Positions 1-14,400 of a stretch of DNA of 64,000 bases are shown here, piece by piece. Position 1 is the stretch's first letter, and each line of letters starts with the position of its first letter. The notes beneath the pieces are model-generated. The model ran no database searches. It was not told the origin of the DNA and saw only the letters and a list, made by a program, of their open reading frames with translations. The DNA is from Trichoplax adhaerens (taxonomy: Eukaryota > Animalia > Placozoa). The stretch spans positions 372,001 through 436,000 of the forward strand of contig NW_002060969.1 in the NCBI RefSeq assembly GCF_000150275.1. Direction: 5' to 3'. Both the position numbers and the translations under genes were made by a program.

Positions 1-885
1 GTACTTTGATTTCGTTTTCCAAATCTTAAAATCTCCAATAGAAGCAGAAGGAATGAAAACGAATTGCCTATATTAAGCATTAATATTTTGATCAAATTTT
101 TTTGATAACTACTAAACTATACATAATTAATTAACAAGCCTATCACCGATTTACTTACCTATCATTTGTCTGCGCAGGATACTATAAGGTAGCTACAATG
201 CATTAGAATACTAACCGACGGTAATCAATAAATGCCAAATTAAGGACCCTGCTGTACACTGTACCGTAGACCGTAGCTTGCCATCGTGTAAAAAAAGCCT
301 AATTTTGATCATTCCGATTCTCTTAATTTTTCATTGTATCTATTTAATCCTAAGTTATATTTGAACGTTTATCATTGTGATCTTGGCGTAGTATTAGCTA
401 AGTACTGTGTGTATTGCATATTACTCTATCGCAATAGCTCTGCTAATTAGCTCTTGAGTCTTGACTGCATTCACTCGAATTTACCACTGGTCAAGTCAAT
501 TAAACTAAATAAATCATCAGTTTCTCGACCACTACTGTACCTGCCGTCCTGCCTAATATCACTGTAAGTCTGCTGATAGTAATATAATTTTCTAGAATAC
601 AGTAGCATCATTAGTTCACCAAAATATCACGATTGCTAAAACTATGGTTAAACTCATTCAGTAAGGCGACGGGGACAAATATCTGATAATTTTGGCACTA
701 ATTACGAAATTGTTACAGTACCTAATACCTTGATATAATGTTGGTCTTCGAAGCTAACATAGCACTATAAAATTTAAATTTATGTAAAATACTAGTTCGT
801 ATTATTAAAAGATTATTAGTCGTGTTTTATTGTACTCCTGGCTAAAATTATTCTCAAACTTAGATTCGTACAGTATACGACAAAA

Positions 886-2559
886 ATGGTTCCTCCGCCA
901 CCTCCCCCTCCACCGCCACCACCTTCAGGATCTGTCCCGAACATTGCGTCGTCCAAGTTGCTAAATCCTTCTGGAGAAGTTACACACTCAACCTCAGCTA
1001 AGCCAGACGAAAGTCGCAATTCACTACTTTCATCTATTCGTGCTGGAAAGCAGTTAAGGAAGACAACGACAGTTGATAAAAGTGGTCCGCTTCTGCCAAA
1101 AAGTACGGTAGTGACATAGTATTTCAGTTGTATTATTATCGTTATCAATAGCTTATTATTACAAATATGAAAGTTATGAGGCAAGAAATACACACGTCGT
1201 GATACCATAATTGCAATGACTGGTTGGAAGTACTACACTGTACTGTATGTTTGTGTTCTAACTTGTGATTACTCAAAATACTTAATTTTCGAAGAACAAA
1301 CAAGCTCGGATTCAGGGAGTCGTACGGATCAAGTTAGTTCCCGTGGCCCTGCAAATCTTGGTGGGTTATTTGCAGGTGGAATGCCGAGTCTGAGACCAAC
1401 AAATAGCCGCTTTTCATCGGCTGCTAATACAGGTTTGGCTATTAATAAAATCGTGTTTATTTATAAACAGCTCAAGATATCGATGTATTTGACTAACCAC
1501 TTAGTTATTAGTTGCTTCTTTAAAGTTGTAATAGCACCGGTATCATTGGAAATTTGTTACTTATTCAATCGCTGTTGCATTCCGTTTCATAGGTAAGCCT
1601 ACAAGCGATCAGCCGCCGTTCATGAAATTTCCGTCAAGATCATCTGACCAAATTTCAGTAAACCAGACAATTGGAACGGATAATAAATCTCAGGTAATTG
1701 AATTAATTATTATGTGCAATTACTTGACTACATAATGACCGTTCCAAACAATTTTTAGTTAAAGACAGCACTACAGAAGTTCTAACATGCAGGTTATTTC
1801 ATTCTATAGTGAACATACTTGAATGCACTTAGGAAACAATCTTCTTCATTATTCAGGTTCCACACTTCTCTAATAGATCCGCCATTGAGTCACAATCAGC
1901 GACTCCAGCGACAAGAATTCAACGTAATCGCCCTAGTGAAATATCGTCAACATCTCAACAAACTGTAAGTGAGCCATCCAATATAGCGTCTACAATGCCA
2001 TCATTTTCGTTACCTGATAGAATTCCAATGAATTCTGGAAGTTTCATGACATTTGAAGGTATCCAGAAACGTTATCGATTTAGATGATCATAGTAGCTGT
2101 TTATATTGCGTATTACAATATTACTATTTCTGGATTTGTAACCTATACTCCGTAACTTTGATATTTGCAAGCGAGTTTCGAATCACGTTTTACTTTTCAA
2201 GCCGAGCTGCCACCGTCTGAACCATTTAATCCAAATTTATCGAAAAATTATCCCAGTAAAAAAGAAAAAGAAAAGAGTAAATCTTTACGAACAGATTAAT
2301 TTACCGCTAAGTATAAGAATCATAATTCTATCTGTAACTAATTATGTATTTACTACTATTTGTTGCAGCGAAATCTAAGGCACCTCTTCCTCCAAAAAAT
2401 CACCATGATTTGAAAGAGACTTTCCGTGCACCAACGAGAGCAGCCCCGGATAGACCTGCGCCATTTCCTCCAGCAACAACTCGACCTGCTCCAGACAGGC
2501 CACCACCACCACGACCTAGTTCAAGACCCCCACCTCCGCCGCCTCCTAGGAAGAAATAA
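886..2559 (+). CDS. WIPF: WASP-interacting protein (WIP/verprolin family), ~6 exons
   Basis: N-terminal polyproline and WH2 motif (RNSLLSSIRAGKQLRKTTTVDKSGP), GGLFAGGMPSLRP motif, WASP-binding segment FESRFTFQAELPPSEP...YPSK (exon ~2172-2277), Pro-rich final exon ending TAA at 2559. Confidence 0.9.
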
Positions 2560-4261
2560 GGCTATCATTGATACGTTTTAATGACCTAGATATATATCAG
2601 GATACTGATGTTACACTATAGATGAATTGATTAATTATATTTATAATTATCTGTCAATTGGACTAAATTTTATATGCTTATAGTTGACTTTCTTATAAAA
2701 ATATAGTAATATTGGTTTATAAATCTCTAGAACATTGCTTAAGAGTATGAGAACGCTTTTATATAAACTACAATTAATAAATGAGAGTCCCTCCCTTCAT
2801 TCATTCAATAATAATTATCAGATACTTCTCACTGTAAAAAATCTTTTATTAATGGGACTTGTTTATTATCATTCTGTTCAATCGTTCTATCATATCGATA
2901 AAATTTTCGTTCGTTTAGTTACTTAGACGTGCATATAAAATTGGTTTACTGGAATTATTAATAATTAACATTTGCATTCAGTATCATACCAGTTAGAAAA
3001 GAGAATACTCGTACATTCTTTCCCTGAATGGCACGTATTCTAGTCATGATTTCGAACTCTGACTTGTCCTTAGCATATTTATGAATCGCAGTCGTTTATA
3101 TCGTAACATCATCCATAAAAGTTTTTAAATTCTATTGTGCAATACGCATATATCTATTATGTAATTGTGGCTAACTTTGCAATTTTTGAAATGAACAACC
3201 TTTTGCCTTCAATTGCATTATCAAAATCTTAGCTTAAAATGTTTTCTAATGCTTTCGTTATTCCAAGAACTGATTAATGTTATCACTGTGATATATAATT
3301 ACTTGCGATAATTAAAATTTCATTTCGTAAGATGATGTCTTACAATCAATGTGGAAAATTTGCAGGTTTAAATTCGTACTTTACAGAAGTCCAAACCTGC
3401 TATAGTTTTGCACATATCGGAATACTAACTGTAATCTCTCATTCTCTCGTATCTAAATTAGTAGCACCTTGTGAATCTCTAACGCCTCTGACATGCGGTA
3501 CGCTTTAACGGTAATGCTAATACCTGTGATCAGATTAATATTTATTATCGATGACTCGCTCACTAGGTGTTATACAATATTTACTAATAGTAAAGGCAAT
3601 TAATTCTGCAAGCCTAGCTACTGGATACCTCTTTACTGATAATTGTAATCATCCCCCATAGCTATAATTACGTCACCGCAAAATAATAGCGTTTGCAGCC
3701 ATTTGAATTTCAACTTTGCAGTTATAATCAGTATTTTAAACAAGGCAGTATCAAATCAGCTGCTAACAGTTACAACCGGAAATCCCAATAATACAGGTTG
3801 CGGTTTATAGTAATTCATAGCAGCTATTGGGATTACACGAATGCACTTCCAAATGTCATTGGCATGCACATGCAAAGACATTTCTTCGATCCTATTGATA
3901 AGTATCGCGGACTTTAAAGTAGGAATATACAAATGCAGCATAATACTGCACATGTAATAGAAAAAGCATCATAATTTTAGCTACTACTATGACGTAGTTA
4001 GTACTAAAGTAAAGTACCGCTCATTCAAAATTGTAGATTTATAGCTAAGATCATGTATTCAATGTATCTAGGGACGAATAACTACAAATATTGCGATATC
4101 TTAGGAAAATCAACGCTGCAAATGATGTAGTTATCAGAAAATCAAATATATAAATTAATAAATTTTTAATACAATTATGAGCTTTATCTTAAACAGTGTT
4201 ATTGCACTTACATAATCACAGATTATCTATTTATATATTTTATCTAAGAGTTTAATAATAT

Positions 4262-7200
4262 CTAATTCAAATTTATGGAAGACGATTTCTTGCCGCGAAA
4301 ATGACTGTACACTAGATAATTTGAGAAAATTAATACTGTTAGATAAAATACCAATACACGCATTATTATCACTGGATAGAAAACTACATAAAGTGTTAGA
4401 AAGATTTAATAAATATATTACGTTTATCTAACGTACCAATAAATTCTTCATTCAAGTCAACCAGTGACACTGAATTTTTTTCTCCTCCGAACATAATGGA
4501 AGCATTGTCGGGGCAAAAGCAAGAACAGTATACCTTACCCTAAATTCGAGCGATAAAGATCAATTGAAGCAACTTGTACAAGTTTAAACTATAAATACCC
4601 TTAAATCGAGTAGAAATATGATCTCATTCTTATAATATACTCACGATATTAAGGTTTTTTGAACTGATAAATTTTGGAGTATTCCCCTGGATATATGAAA
4701 TAATTTTCCGTTAACTACACGTACTTATATGATAACGTATGGAATAGTTTACAAATCCAGTAGCATTTTGAATATCATTGATTAAATTTCTACGCAACAG
4801 CTGTTCAATCGAGTCGGAGTCACTTTGACTACGTGATAATATTTGGAACCGAATGTTGGAGCAATAATATCTGGAATACATAGATGAACTAAATTTTACC
4901 ATAATTGTGAATGAATCCGTCACTGTATTACTAGGACTCTTGCAGAAAAAATTTGGCTCACGTTCACATAAAACGGAAAGACAACGCGAGTACTAGGGTG
5001 AAATTTTTCTGTGGAGTCCTTGATATGATTACCATAATATTAAAATGCAGTAAATAGTAAAATAATCATTACGAACACATAGATTTACAAAAGTATATCT
5101 GGGCAAAACATCACCCCATAAATTTGAGATACAGCAAAACGAAAGTAAAACTCTTACATTGCATGAATACTTTGTCTTCCATATTGTGTATTTAAGTATT
5201 TTAAAGTATGCAAAGTTCGCCCTAGCTTACTTACTGCATCATAACAAGTACTGACGTTAAGGTACTTTCCAAATTTAATTTAAATAGGCACCAAAATCGG
5301 GCCTCTGCACTCCGACAATCAATTATTTACGCCTAAGTGTTCATAATTAACTTTTAAGTAACAGTTGCAGATAGTATCTCACGAACTGCTAAATGAACGG
5401 TAAGAGTAAGGATACTGAAATATGTTGCTATAGTATTACTTAAGCTTATAAAATGATCCACAATACTCGTATTAAATGCTAGCGTAGACAAGCGACACAA
5501 TGATAGACAAGATATTATCGTCAACACTATCAACCTGCACCTCATGTGAAGGCCTTTAAATTACCTCTATAATATCTCTTATGATTTTCGAAGTCGTAAT
5601 AAACAACGTAATTACTGTAATTTCATTACATTCCATTTTTATGCTTAATGTACGACAGTATTACAACATGCAATCAATGCTATCGTACAAATCAACTTAA
5701 AGGAGACCAAAGAAAGCATTAACTGCAAATATAAAGCATAAAGCTTATAGAATGATATCAATTATTAATTTGAAAACGTATTTCCTCGTAATCTGTACGA
5801 ATAGCGGCTGCCAGCTTCATGTTTTAAGTGTAACACATACGAGGTATGGTGCATAATAAATCTCAGCTTATTACCGTAATATCCCAGACTTTTACAGTCT
5901 TATCTATAGAAGACGTAACCAGAAGACCTTCTGTTTGATAACTCAGAGCAAGATCTAGCCATTTATGGAAAGAAATTACGATACGCGCTTAACTTATGCA
6001 ATAAGCGGTCACTACTATTAAAGCGATTACGCACTTGCGGAAAACATTAAAAAAATAAATAACGAAAATCAGTTTATAGTTCTAAACCTGTAATAGACAT
6101 GTTATGAGCACAGATCCGAAATATGTAGTCTCTGTTACGAACGTCAAAAGCATACACGGATCCATCATATAACCCAACCTGTAATAGCGCAAATGCAAAG
6201 CAATGAACTTATTAAAGACAACTATGCAGTCATATAGTTAATTTAGCAATATAGCTTTACATAGTTACATACCAAGAATACCGCAGGACAAAACGGGTTC
6301 CATATCACTTTTTCAATTTCATTAGCAGTATTCCATCGTATCGCAGACTTTAAAAGGAAAGCTCACTTTGATTATGACGATAACTCGTAACAAAAAAGCT
6401 GGACTTATATAACTATAATACATAATCGTTAACCTCTTGAATTCTACAATCCGTCAATTGTATCGTCCTTAGCAAAAGGAATTACGTTCGTGAACTTATA
6501 TACAGATTATAGTTTTGCACACCAATATTGCGTAAGCGATAGATTAAATAGCATTGTACGCGTATTACTTATCAGTGGAACTAGTCAGTAAGAGCTGAGC
6601 CTCGAACGGATGCCATTGAATAGATTGTACCTTAAGAATAACGATGTTATATTTAGAAGGCAAAGATTGACTCACAATAATGGCAAGTGTTCATAAATGC
6701 CTCTTAAGCACTAAGATCAGTTAAATAACACAATCAACAAAATAAAATCAAGATCCTCCAGTCACATTTGCTATATACAACTCTACGCTAGATGGAACTG
6801 AGACTGATAAAATGTATGAAAGTTTTTCGCTAATGGCTTTAACCTTAAAGCTATAGTAGCCTGGTAATGAAAATATATAAATGTTACAAAATTCTGTTTC
6901 AGAAATTTTAAGACAAAATTTAGTACTGAAGAAATATAGCACATTCTAAAAGTCGCATGGTGCATTGATATTTGTGAATTGCGGTTCACGTTTTCGTAAC
7001 AATAGATATGAATTTATAACTACAGTATCTGTAAGCGAAAATAAAATAATCACAACGTATGTGCAGTAAGGTGTAAGCAAACTTGTACCCACAACTGTAT
7101 GGTTTAACAAAGAACCCTAGTAATGTTTCAGTGTTAATGAAAAGCCGGTAAAAAAATCTCCGAAAGTTGTCTTTCAGAATGAATTTCTAAAAATTGGATC

Positions 7201-10106
7201 ATATTAAATCTAGGGCCTTAAGGTCCTTAATAAAACGATTTGGGAAATCTTAAAACGGGGAAGAGAGTTTAAATTAAGCTTAGTATAAACCATCAGTATT
7301 CTCAAAACCATGATTAGAGTTAATGGGTCAAGAACAGCCCTATGATATACGAAACTGTACTACGCCAAAAGATAGTAAGTGCTGTACGTGCCCTCGTTAA
7401 ATCAAATAAGGTGCAGAATCTACAATTTGATCGTCTGAGTAAAGATTGAGGAGTGAACCATATGAATAATTAAAATCATAAATACGTAACACAATCTTGT
7501 AAGCTATAGTACAAACATACTATCGTATTGAATCAAACTCTCAGATTGTAACATACAGGCGGAAGAATCCTGCAAGTCGTGAAATTCCGCGTCCTACTGA
7601 TCGTACCTTATCAGAATGGTGTGAGTATATATTTGATGTTTTAGCAAGTGTAATATCCCAAAGAATTACAGCCTGATCAGCTGATGCACTGGCAAGAATA
7701 GTCCTAGAAAACGAACGATTAAGGAATATGAAGATAATAGAAATTATGTGATGAAGGACATGTAATAATACTGCACGGTTGACAACAAGGATACTGTGTG
7801 ATTTCATACATCTGCCATAAACTAGATATCAGATCCGGTATTTTCACTTTGTAAACTTTGATAGAAAGCTAATCTACTAATAATATGAATGGTTAAGTAT
7901 GTCGATGGCAGAATTGTAGCGGACACGCTAGTCTCATAAATAGTAATCGTCACTGTATCGTAAACAGTAGTCTTGCTGAGCCTTACAATGCAATAAATTT
8001 GCACCCAGAAACTACGAGCTTAGATACAGTCATACAGTGCACATATTGAGCTGTATCTATACTGTATCTATGACGAGACAAAAAATACTAATTGCTAAAT
8101 ACTGAGACCGACGGAATGCTTACATCTTAAGGCGTTACCTTAGTTTCTTTTAAAATATCGAGATATATATGCAGCATAATGCACTTTATATACTATGTAT
8201 AAACAGTCCAATAATTTAGCAATAATTGGTCAATATTCTTCATTATACAGATTTTCGATGAATACCTAGCAGATCTGTTCCACGACAAATCCAACACAGA
8301 ATCATTGTGACTCTTCAATGGACTTTTAATCCTCCGTAGATTATCATCCTATCAAAGTAATTACCAAAATTTAAATACAGCAAGTTATAATGTATTAGCG
8401 GAAACGTTTGCGTTATGATATCCTAAATAAATCACTCACCGTTAGATTTGAAGCGTTCCCTAATGTAGCAACAGGTTGTAAACAATTAATGTTGTCGATA
8501 TCCCATATTTCAATAAATGATGCTTTGGTTCCAACTGCAACAAGATTACCTGATGGCAAACATGGAAACATGTTCTTTTATTTATTCACTTCATATAGAA
8601 ATATAAGAGGTCGTCTCACCATTTAAGTCATTTTCATTGCAGCTGCAATCTAAACTTTCGACACACAGCGGGCATGCATTTACCGGAATATCGTGATGAA
8701 TATACCAATCTCCGTTCTCATAATTGTAAACTCAAATAATAATTTGACGTAGTTAATTATTGCAGGGCTTATCAATAATTTAATTAGTCGAAACAACTAC
8801 GACGTACACTAACCTCTGCAGTGATAACTGAGGAATAAATAACTTACGATAAATTTCCAGAGCGTTGGCGTTATTATTCGTAACACCAACAACGGCTAAG
8901 TTATCATGTGGACCAATAATGATATCTGATGAACCTTCGCTTTCCTGGATAATTAATATAATTCGTATTCTTGATCCTTTCATGATTGCTTTATAAAATT
9001 TTTGAAGATACTTTTTAACTTCTTACCGTGTCAAATTGGCTTATAGAAGGATCTATTATATTATCTTCATAGGGATTAAGTTTATACAGGTCACAGACTT
9101 CATCTTAAATTGGTAACAAAATATATGGTAATAAATTAGTAGTGTAAAAAAGATTTACAAACTCAGAATGTGAGCATTTACTAGATAAACAGAAGCATCA
9201 AAACGCAAGAAAAAAATGCTGAGAAAGTTTAAGTTTCAAGTGGTGTCTACGTGCATTAGGCGTATCGCTTTATGCTTTAACTTAATACTACAGTACTGCG
9301 CTTTATATTATATCATAATATTGCAGTTGTGCTCCAATTCGTCACTAATTAATTTTCCTTGTAAAAGGTATTAAATTTCTATGGCTTATCCTGTCTAGTA
9401 ATACGTACAGTATAAATGATTTTGACTGTTTTATTTTAATGAGAGAAAATCTGGGTATTTAAATAGTAATAATATAATAAGTAACAACGTAGCAAGTAGA
9501 GTACGTACTGTATACCCAACAGTCATTTCTGATTCAATTACAAAAGTTCATATAATGTTTATCACCTTGATCATAATCCTGTAAATTGTATTCTGATAAT
9601 TCTTTGTCAATATCTGCCTCCGCCTGTACTGATCCATTCAATTCAAGTGTTTCGACATTTCCACTACTGAGCAAAATATGTACAATAGAATGATTATAAG
9701 TATTTACATATCTTCCCAAATCGCATCACATCTTACTATTTTTTAACAGCAGGATTCAGATCTTCCCTCGCCAACTTCAATAAGCTTTCCGGAGAATATT
9801 TACTCTAAAAATGCTCTGTGATCAGTACAGCACTTACAGTGTATAATAGTGTAAAATCAAGATTGCATTGGACCGCGAACTATCGATTAATTAAATCAAA
9901 TTATATTAATATATTAATGCGATAGTACGAGTATCACGCATACGCGCATTCCGTGGAATTTCTACGAGTTTCGCTAGTAAATAAATAAATGTAAACATAA
10001 TATGATATCGGTAACTTTCGCATACGTACAGTATGTCACTAGTTACCTTTGTTGGATGACTTCTTGCAATTCCTTTTGGAATCCAGCTTAAGCATGAAAT
10101 AGGCAT
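4262..10106 (-). CDS. PWP1: Periodic tryptophan protein 1 (WD40 ribosome biogenesis factor), multi-exon
   Basis: MPISCLSWIPKG N-terminus; ELSEYNLQDYD; YIHHDI; GNLVAVGT..IEIWDID; HNDSVLDLSWN; ILASASADQAVILWD; VQSIQWHPFEAQLL; LLVTSSIDKTVKVWD; last exon stop TAG at 4264-4262. Confidence 0.88.
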
Positions 10107-10549
10107 AACCTTGTCATGTACTGCTGTATCGTAATGAAATTACAGAGATAGCGATAAAATAATAAGATATACATCAACGTAGCCCAATTTTGAACTTAAT
10201 GTGTCTTTTATGGAGACATGTTTACTGACAGTGAGTATATGACTAAGACTCATAACATGAGTATATTTCAGACAATAATATCGTTCTAACTTTACCCTGT
10301 CTACTTTGCCTTGCAGATTATTACTTTGTATTCACTCACGGCGCTGTACGTCTATCACATTCAATAGTTGGTGTATGTGCGGACCAAATGTGCAGTCTTC
10401 GATGATATTGCCACTTTCCATGCCCAAAAATAGTAACTCCAATCTACTGTTGACTCCGTAACAGCAGTAGTGGTAGTACTGTTATGACTGTAAATACAGA
10501 TACGAATGTGGCAATGTAGCAAAGCTCAATCTACTCTGATTCACACAGC

Positions 10550-11470
10550 ACTGTAATGTAGTACAGCTACGCCTGTTCAAGGTTGCTACGGCATAGCCAC
10601 AGCAGGCGACAGCTACAGTACAGTAGATTGAGTTCATTACCGTAACACAGTAACATAAACATTACCGCGATACGCAAGTACAGTTTAAGTGTACTGTACA
10701 GTATGTACTGTACACTGTACAGTACAGTACAGTGTACGGACACTGTAGTAGTACAGTACAGTATAGTACCGTACAGCACATGGAAGATTTATCCTTATGG
10801 CTCAGGTACTGTACTGTACTGTACTGTACAGTGCACTGTACAAGTCGTACGCTACCTATCCAGGAGTCTACTGTAGACTAGGACTAAATAATGCATGACG
10901 ATGTATGATCAGCTCCAAACTCCGCTTTAAAATATGGCGATGAAGACGAGGTGTTTTACTTTGTCATAGTAGTTTAGCTTCTAAGTACGGTACAGTAGTG
11001 AGAATAGAGTGCTCAGCATCTGATTTGATACCACACAGTGTAGGAAGTGATTCAGTGACATCATTATTTAAAGTGAGGTGATAAAATCGAGGTGTTATAC
11101 TTCCATGTCTAAGTGTTAGTCAGTTTCATATTAAGTGAGATGACAATATTGAGAACTTTAGTCACTTAATACGGTACACTAAAATGTAAATAAATATGGT
11201 GCTAACTATGGAATATGACAGGCTCGGCCGCAGTACCGTAATTTACACTGACCATGCTCAGCTACTATATACAGTACAGTACTGTACTGTACAGTACAGT
11301 GTACACTAGTGTACAGTACTGTACAATACAGTACAGTTACGTTACACCATTCGTGGATTGGTTCAGCTGCTGATGGTACTGTACAGTGTACAGTACGGCA
11401 CAGTACTGTACAGTACAGTACAGTCATACTACCGTACTTAACGTTAAATCACAACATACTGTACTGTACT
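10550..11470. repeat. TA-CAG/TA-CTG arrays in the PWP1 / LisH-WD40 divergent intergenic region
   Basis: Dense blocks at ~10677-10845 and ~11265-11470, e.g. tactgtacagtatgtactgtacactgtacagtacagtacagtgtac. Confidence 0.9.
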
Positions 11471-11491
11471 TCGCGTAATTATCGTGGTAAA

Positions 11492-14400
11492 ATGGAGGAA
11501 CGAAAAGTTCTGAACTTGATTTATGATTATTTTGAAAAAAATAAATTCTTTAAAAGTTCTAAAACTCTTGTAGAGGAAAGGTAACTTTGCTATTCTATAG
11601 ATAGAGTAAAAGAAAATGCCCGCTGCGCCAGTTACACCATTCGAAAATATTCAACCGTACTAGAATTACCGTATGAGATTCGTATCTAATATTTGTGAGC
11701 GTACAATTGTAATAATAATTAATAATTAATTATAATTGATCTTGGATCTACAGTACAGTATATGTACTGTATTGCCTTCTACCTTCCTTAGAAACGATTT
11801 TGTCTGTGAATTTATGTATTACCATAATATTGTTACGAAGGGAAATGCGCTATAGTATTAGAATACGAGCGGATGAATTCTTACCATTCAATAGCTAAAT
11901 TATGTACTGTACTACTAAGTTGATGCACAGCACGGTACAGTAAGTTAATTTTTAAGATATTACAAAATATGCAACTTCTCATTAATTTATAATTTAATTA
12001 ATAGTTTAATATAGTACCGGTACGCGTATGTGTATACCACTGTAAAGTAGCTAAAGATTTCTGTAAACAAAAACGAGTTAGAGCTTGAAAATGGTCCCTG
12101 TTTTGCCATTATTCACCAGTTATAGAATAGCTGGGCAGTATTTGAGATCCTTTATACAGACTATGCAATATGCAGTCTCTATATATCTCTAGGCAACATA
12201 CGATTAGTATATTGCTACTGTAGCGTAAATATAACAAACATCTCCATCTCTCTCATCATAACGAATGTACAGTACTATTGTCTATTATTTTAAGTGTGTG
12301 TGTGTATCATCAATAGGTCGGCATAGTTAGTTCTGATGTTATTGTATTCATTTCTATTACAGTGGAATACCGATCAACAAGGATATAATAAATAGCACCT
12401 TTCCTTTGCAGCATGTGCTAGGTTTGATTGAGCATGATATGGAGATGAGCACTATAATAAATTAATAGTACTAGTGCAAACTCCCGTCGCTTTGCTGACG
12501 GTTTACGATAATATGCTCATTTAACAGATAGTACTACTATTTGTCGTAGACCTGTCAGAGGTTCAGTAACTTTAGACCGAGTAGTGTATTGTAGAACATG
12601 TACTAAAGTGGACTTAGGACTTTGAGAATACCTCAGCCGCGGTATGTTTAACTTTAGGGACAGCTAATCTTGTAATGACCTAAGTCAGAGTTTTATTCTT
12701 GCCCTTTTTGTCTGTCAGCTTTATTATCTAGATCATAGCTTATTAATAAGGCTAGCAACTACAAAACATGTGTTACTGTACAAAATGTAACTGCTGCATT
12801 TTCTTACAGACGAATATGAAAATTCCAGTCGAATCAATATTTCTCTCCCAAACGCTTTGGTTAGTATAACGTTTGATGCAATGTTCACTGTACCAACTTC
12901 AGTATGCCTCTTATAATGGTGTACACACTTTGGCTGAGTTTTTTGATGAACAACTTGAAATTTGATATACGAATATATTAACATTTTCCAGCTGTTACCA
13001 GGAGATAACACCTACATTAACAAGGTATGCTACAACGAAAAAGACAATTGATGAATGTTTGGCCTTTAAGGATTAAGTTAGGATAGGTTCATTTGATGAC
13101 AGCATAACTGAAGAAGTTTAAGGAGGGCTTTCTGCTTCAAATTTACAATATCTACTATAACATCGTGAAATTAAGCCAACACCTACAATGATATAATCAT
13201 GTCTATAGTATGTCGTGATTTTAAGAACAGAATTACCCTATTTACAATTTAGTTTATCTTTCGTATTATAGGCTTCTATGTCTTTAAATTACATAACTGA
13301 AGGTGAAAACATTCTCTCAACAAATTTCTCAGACGATAGAGGTGTGAATAATCGTTAAAAATACGATAATAGAAATAGAAATTATCTTACCTTTGAAATA
13401 ACGTTTAAGTAACTGTAACGTAGACTCGGCTCTATACGAATGTTTTTTGTTATGACTTTGAAAGTATGCTACTTTTGAAACTGTGTTATTGATACTTTAG
13501 TTTAATTGCAGAACTTTTTTAATTTTCATATTTGCTTTTCTGACTATTCATCATAAACGATATTATAATTTAGACACTTTTCTCAGCTGCAAGAAGGTAT
13601 TCTAATAATATACTAGATAAACTTATACTTTCTAAAGTAGTATTTCAATTTGTACTCCAAACAGATCTTATTCTAGGCACTGCTAAAGGAAAGACAATTC
13701 TCATAAAAATTCCAGAATGCATTGACGGTATCAAGGAAGAACAGCTTATATTAAATGCTAATACATACCACAACCATAAAGGTGGAGTCTTGGATGTAGA
13801 CATCAATCCGTGTCGTAGGTTGGTTTGCTATAATTTTATTCTGTGTATTTATGTACTAGCAATAGAAAGATACTGAGTTTAAAGCTACACCATGAAATAA
13901 AGTTTATGAGTACGGGGAGTGCTCATCACCATAAAGATATTTTAGATATGCAGTGGTATTTTTACGGTTCATTTAAGGAATAATATGTTGGTTTTAGGTT
14001 ATTCTGCGTTAAAGTTTTTAATTATTGAATATACGGTAGTGCTTACTACAATTTGGTATCTGTAGTCACTCTATACTTTACCATTTCAATGTTTCGCAAC
14101 CGGATTACATCCGATTTCGATGTATATGTTTTGCCTTCTGGTACAAAATAGTTAACTAGTAAACCGTGTACGATAACGTACAAAAATGATTTTGAATGAG
14201 ACAATTGTTTTATCTTTACAATTTCGTGGGTGGAAACTTGCTTAGACTATTTTTATCTGGCGGTATGGATCGTAAAATTTACTTGACGGAATTATCATAT
14301 GAAGACAAAAAGCCATTACAAGAGTGGTCAGTACATAACAAGTGAGATATTGTAATGTAAACAACTTAATCTTTACACCGTCAGGTAATTTCCTCAAAAT

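Noticed and set aside
816-1208. 130 aa minus-strand poly-Gly ORF
   Set aside because: Antisense shadow of the WIP polyproline exon.
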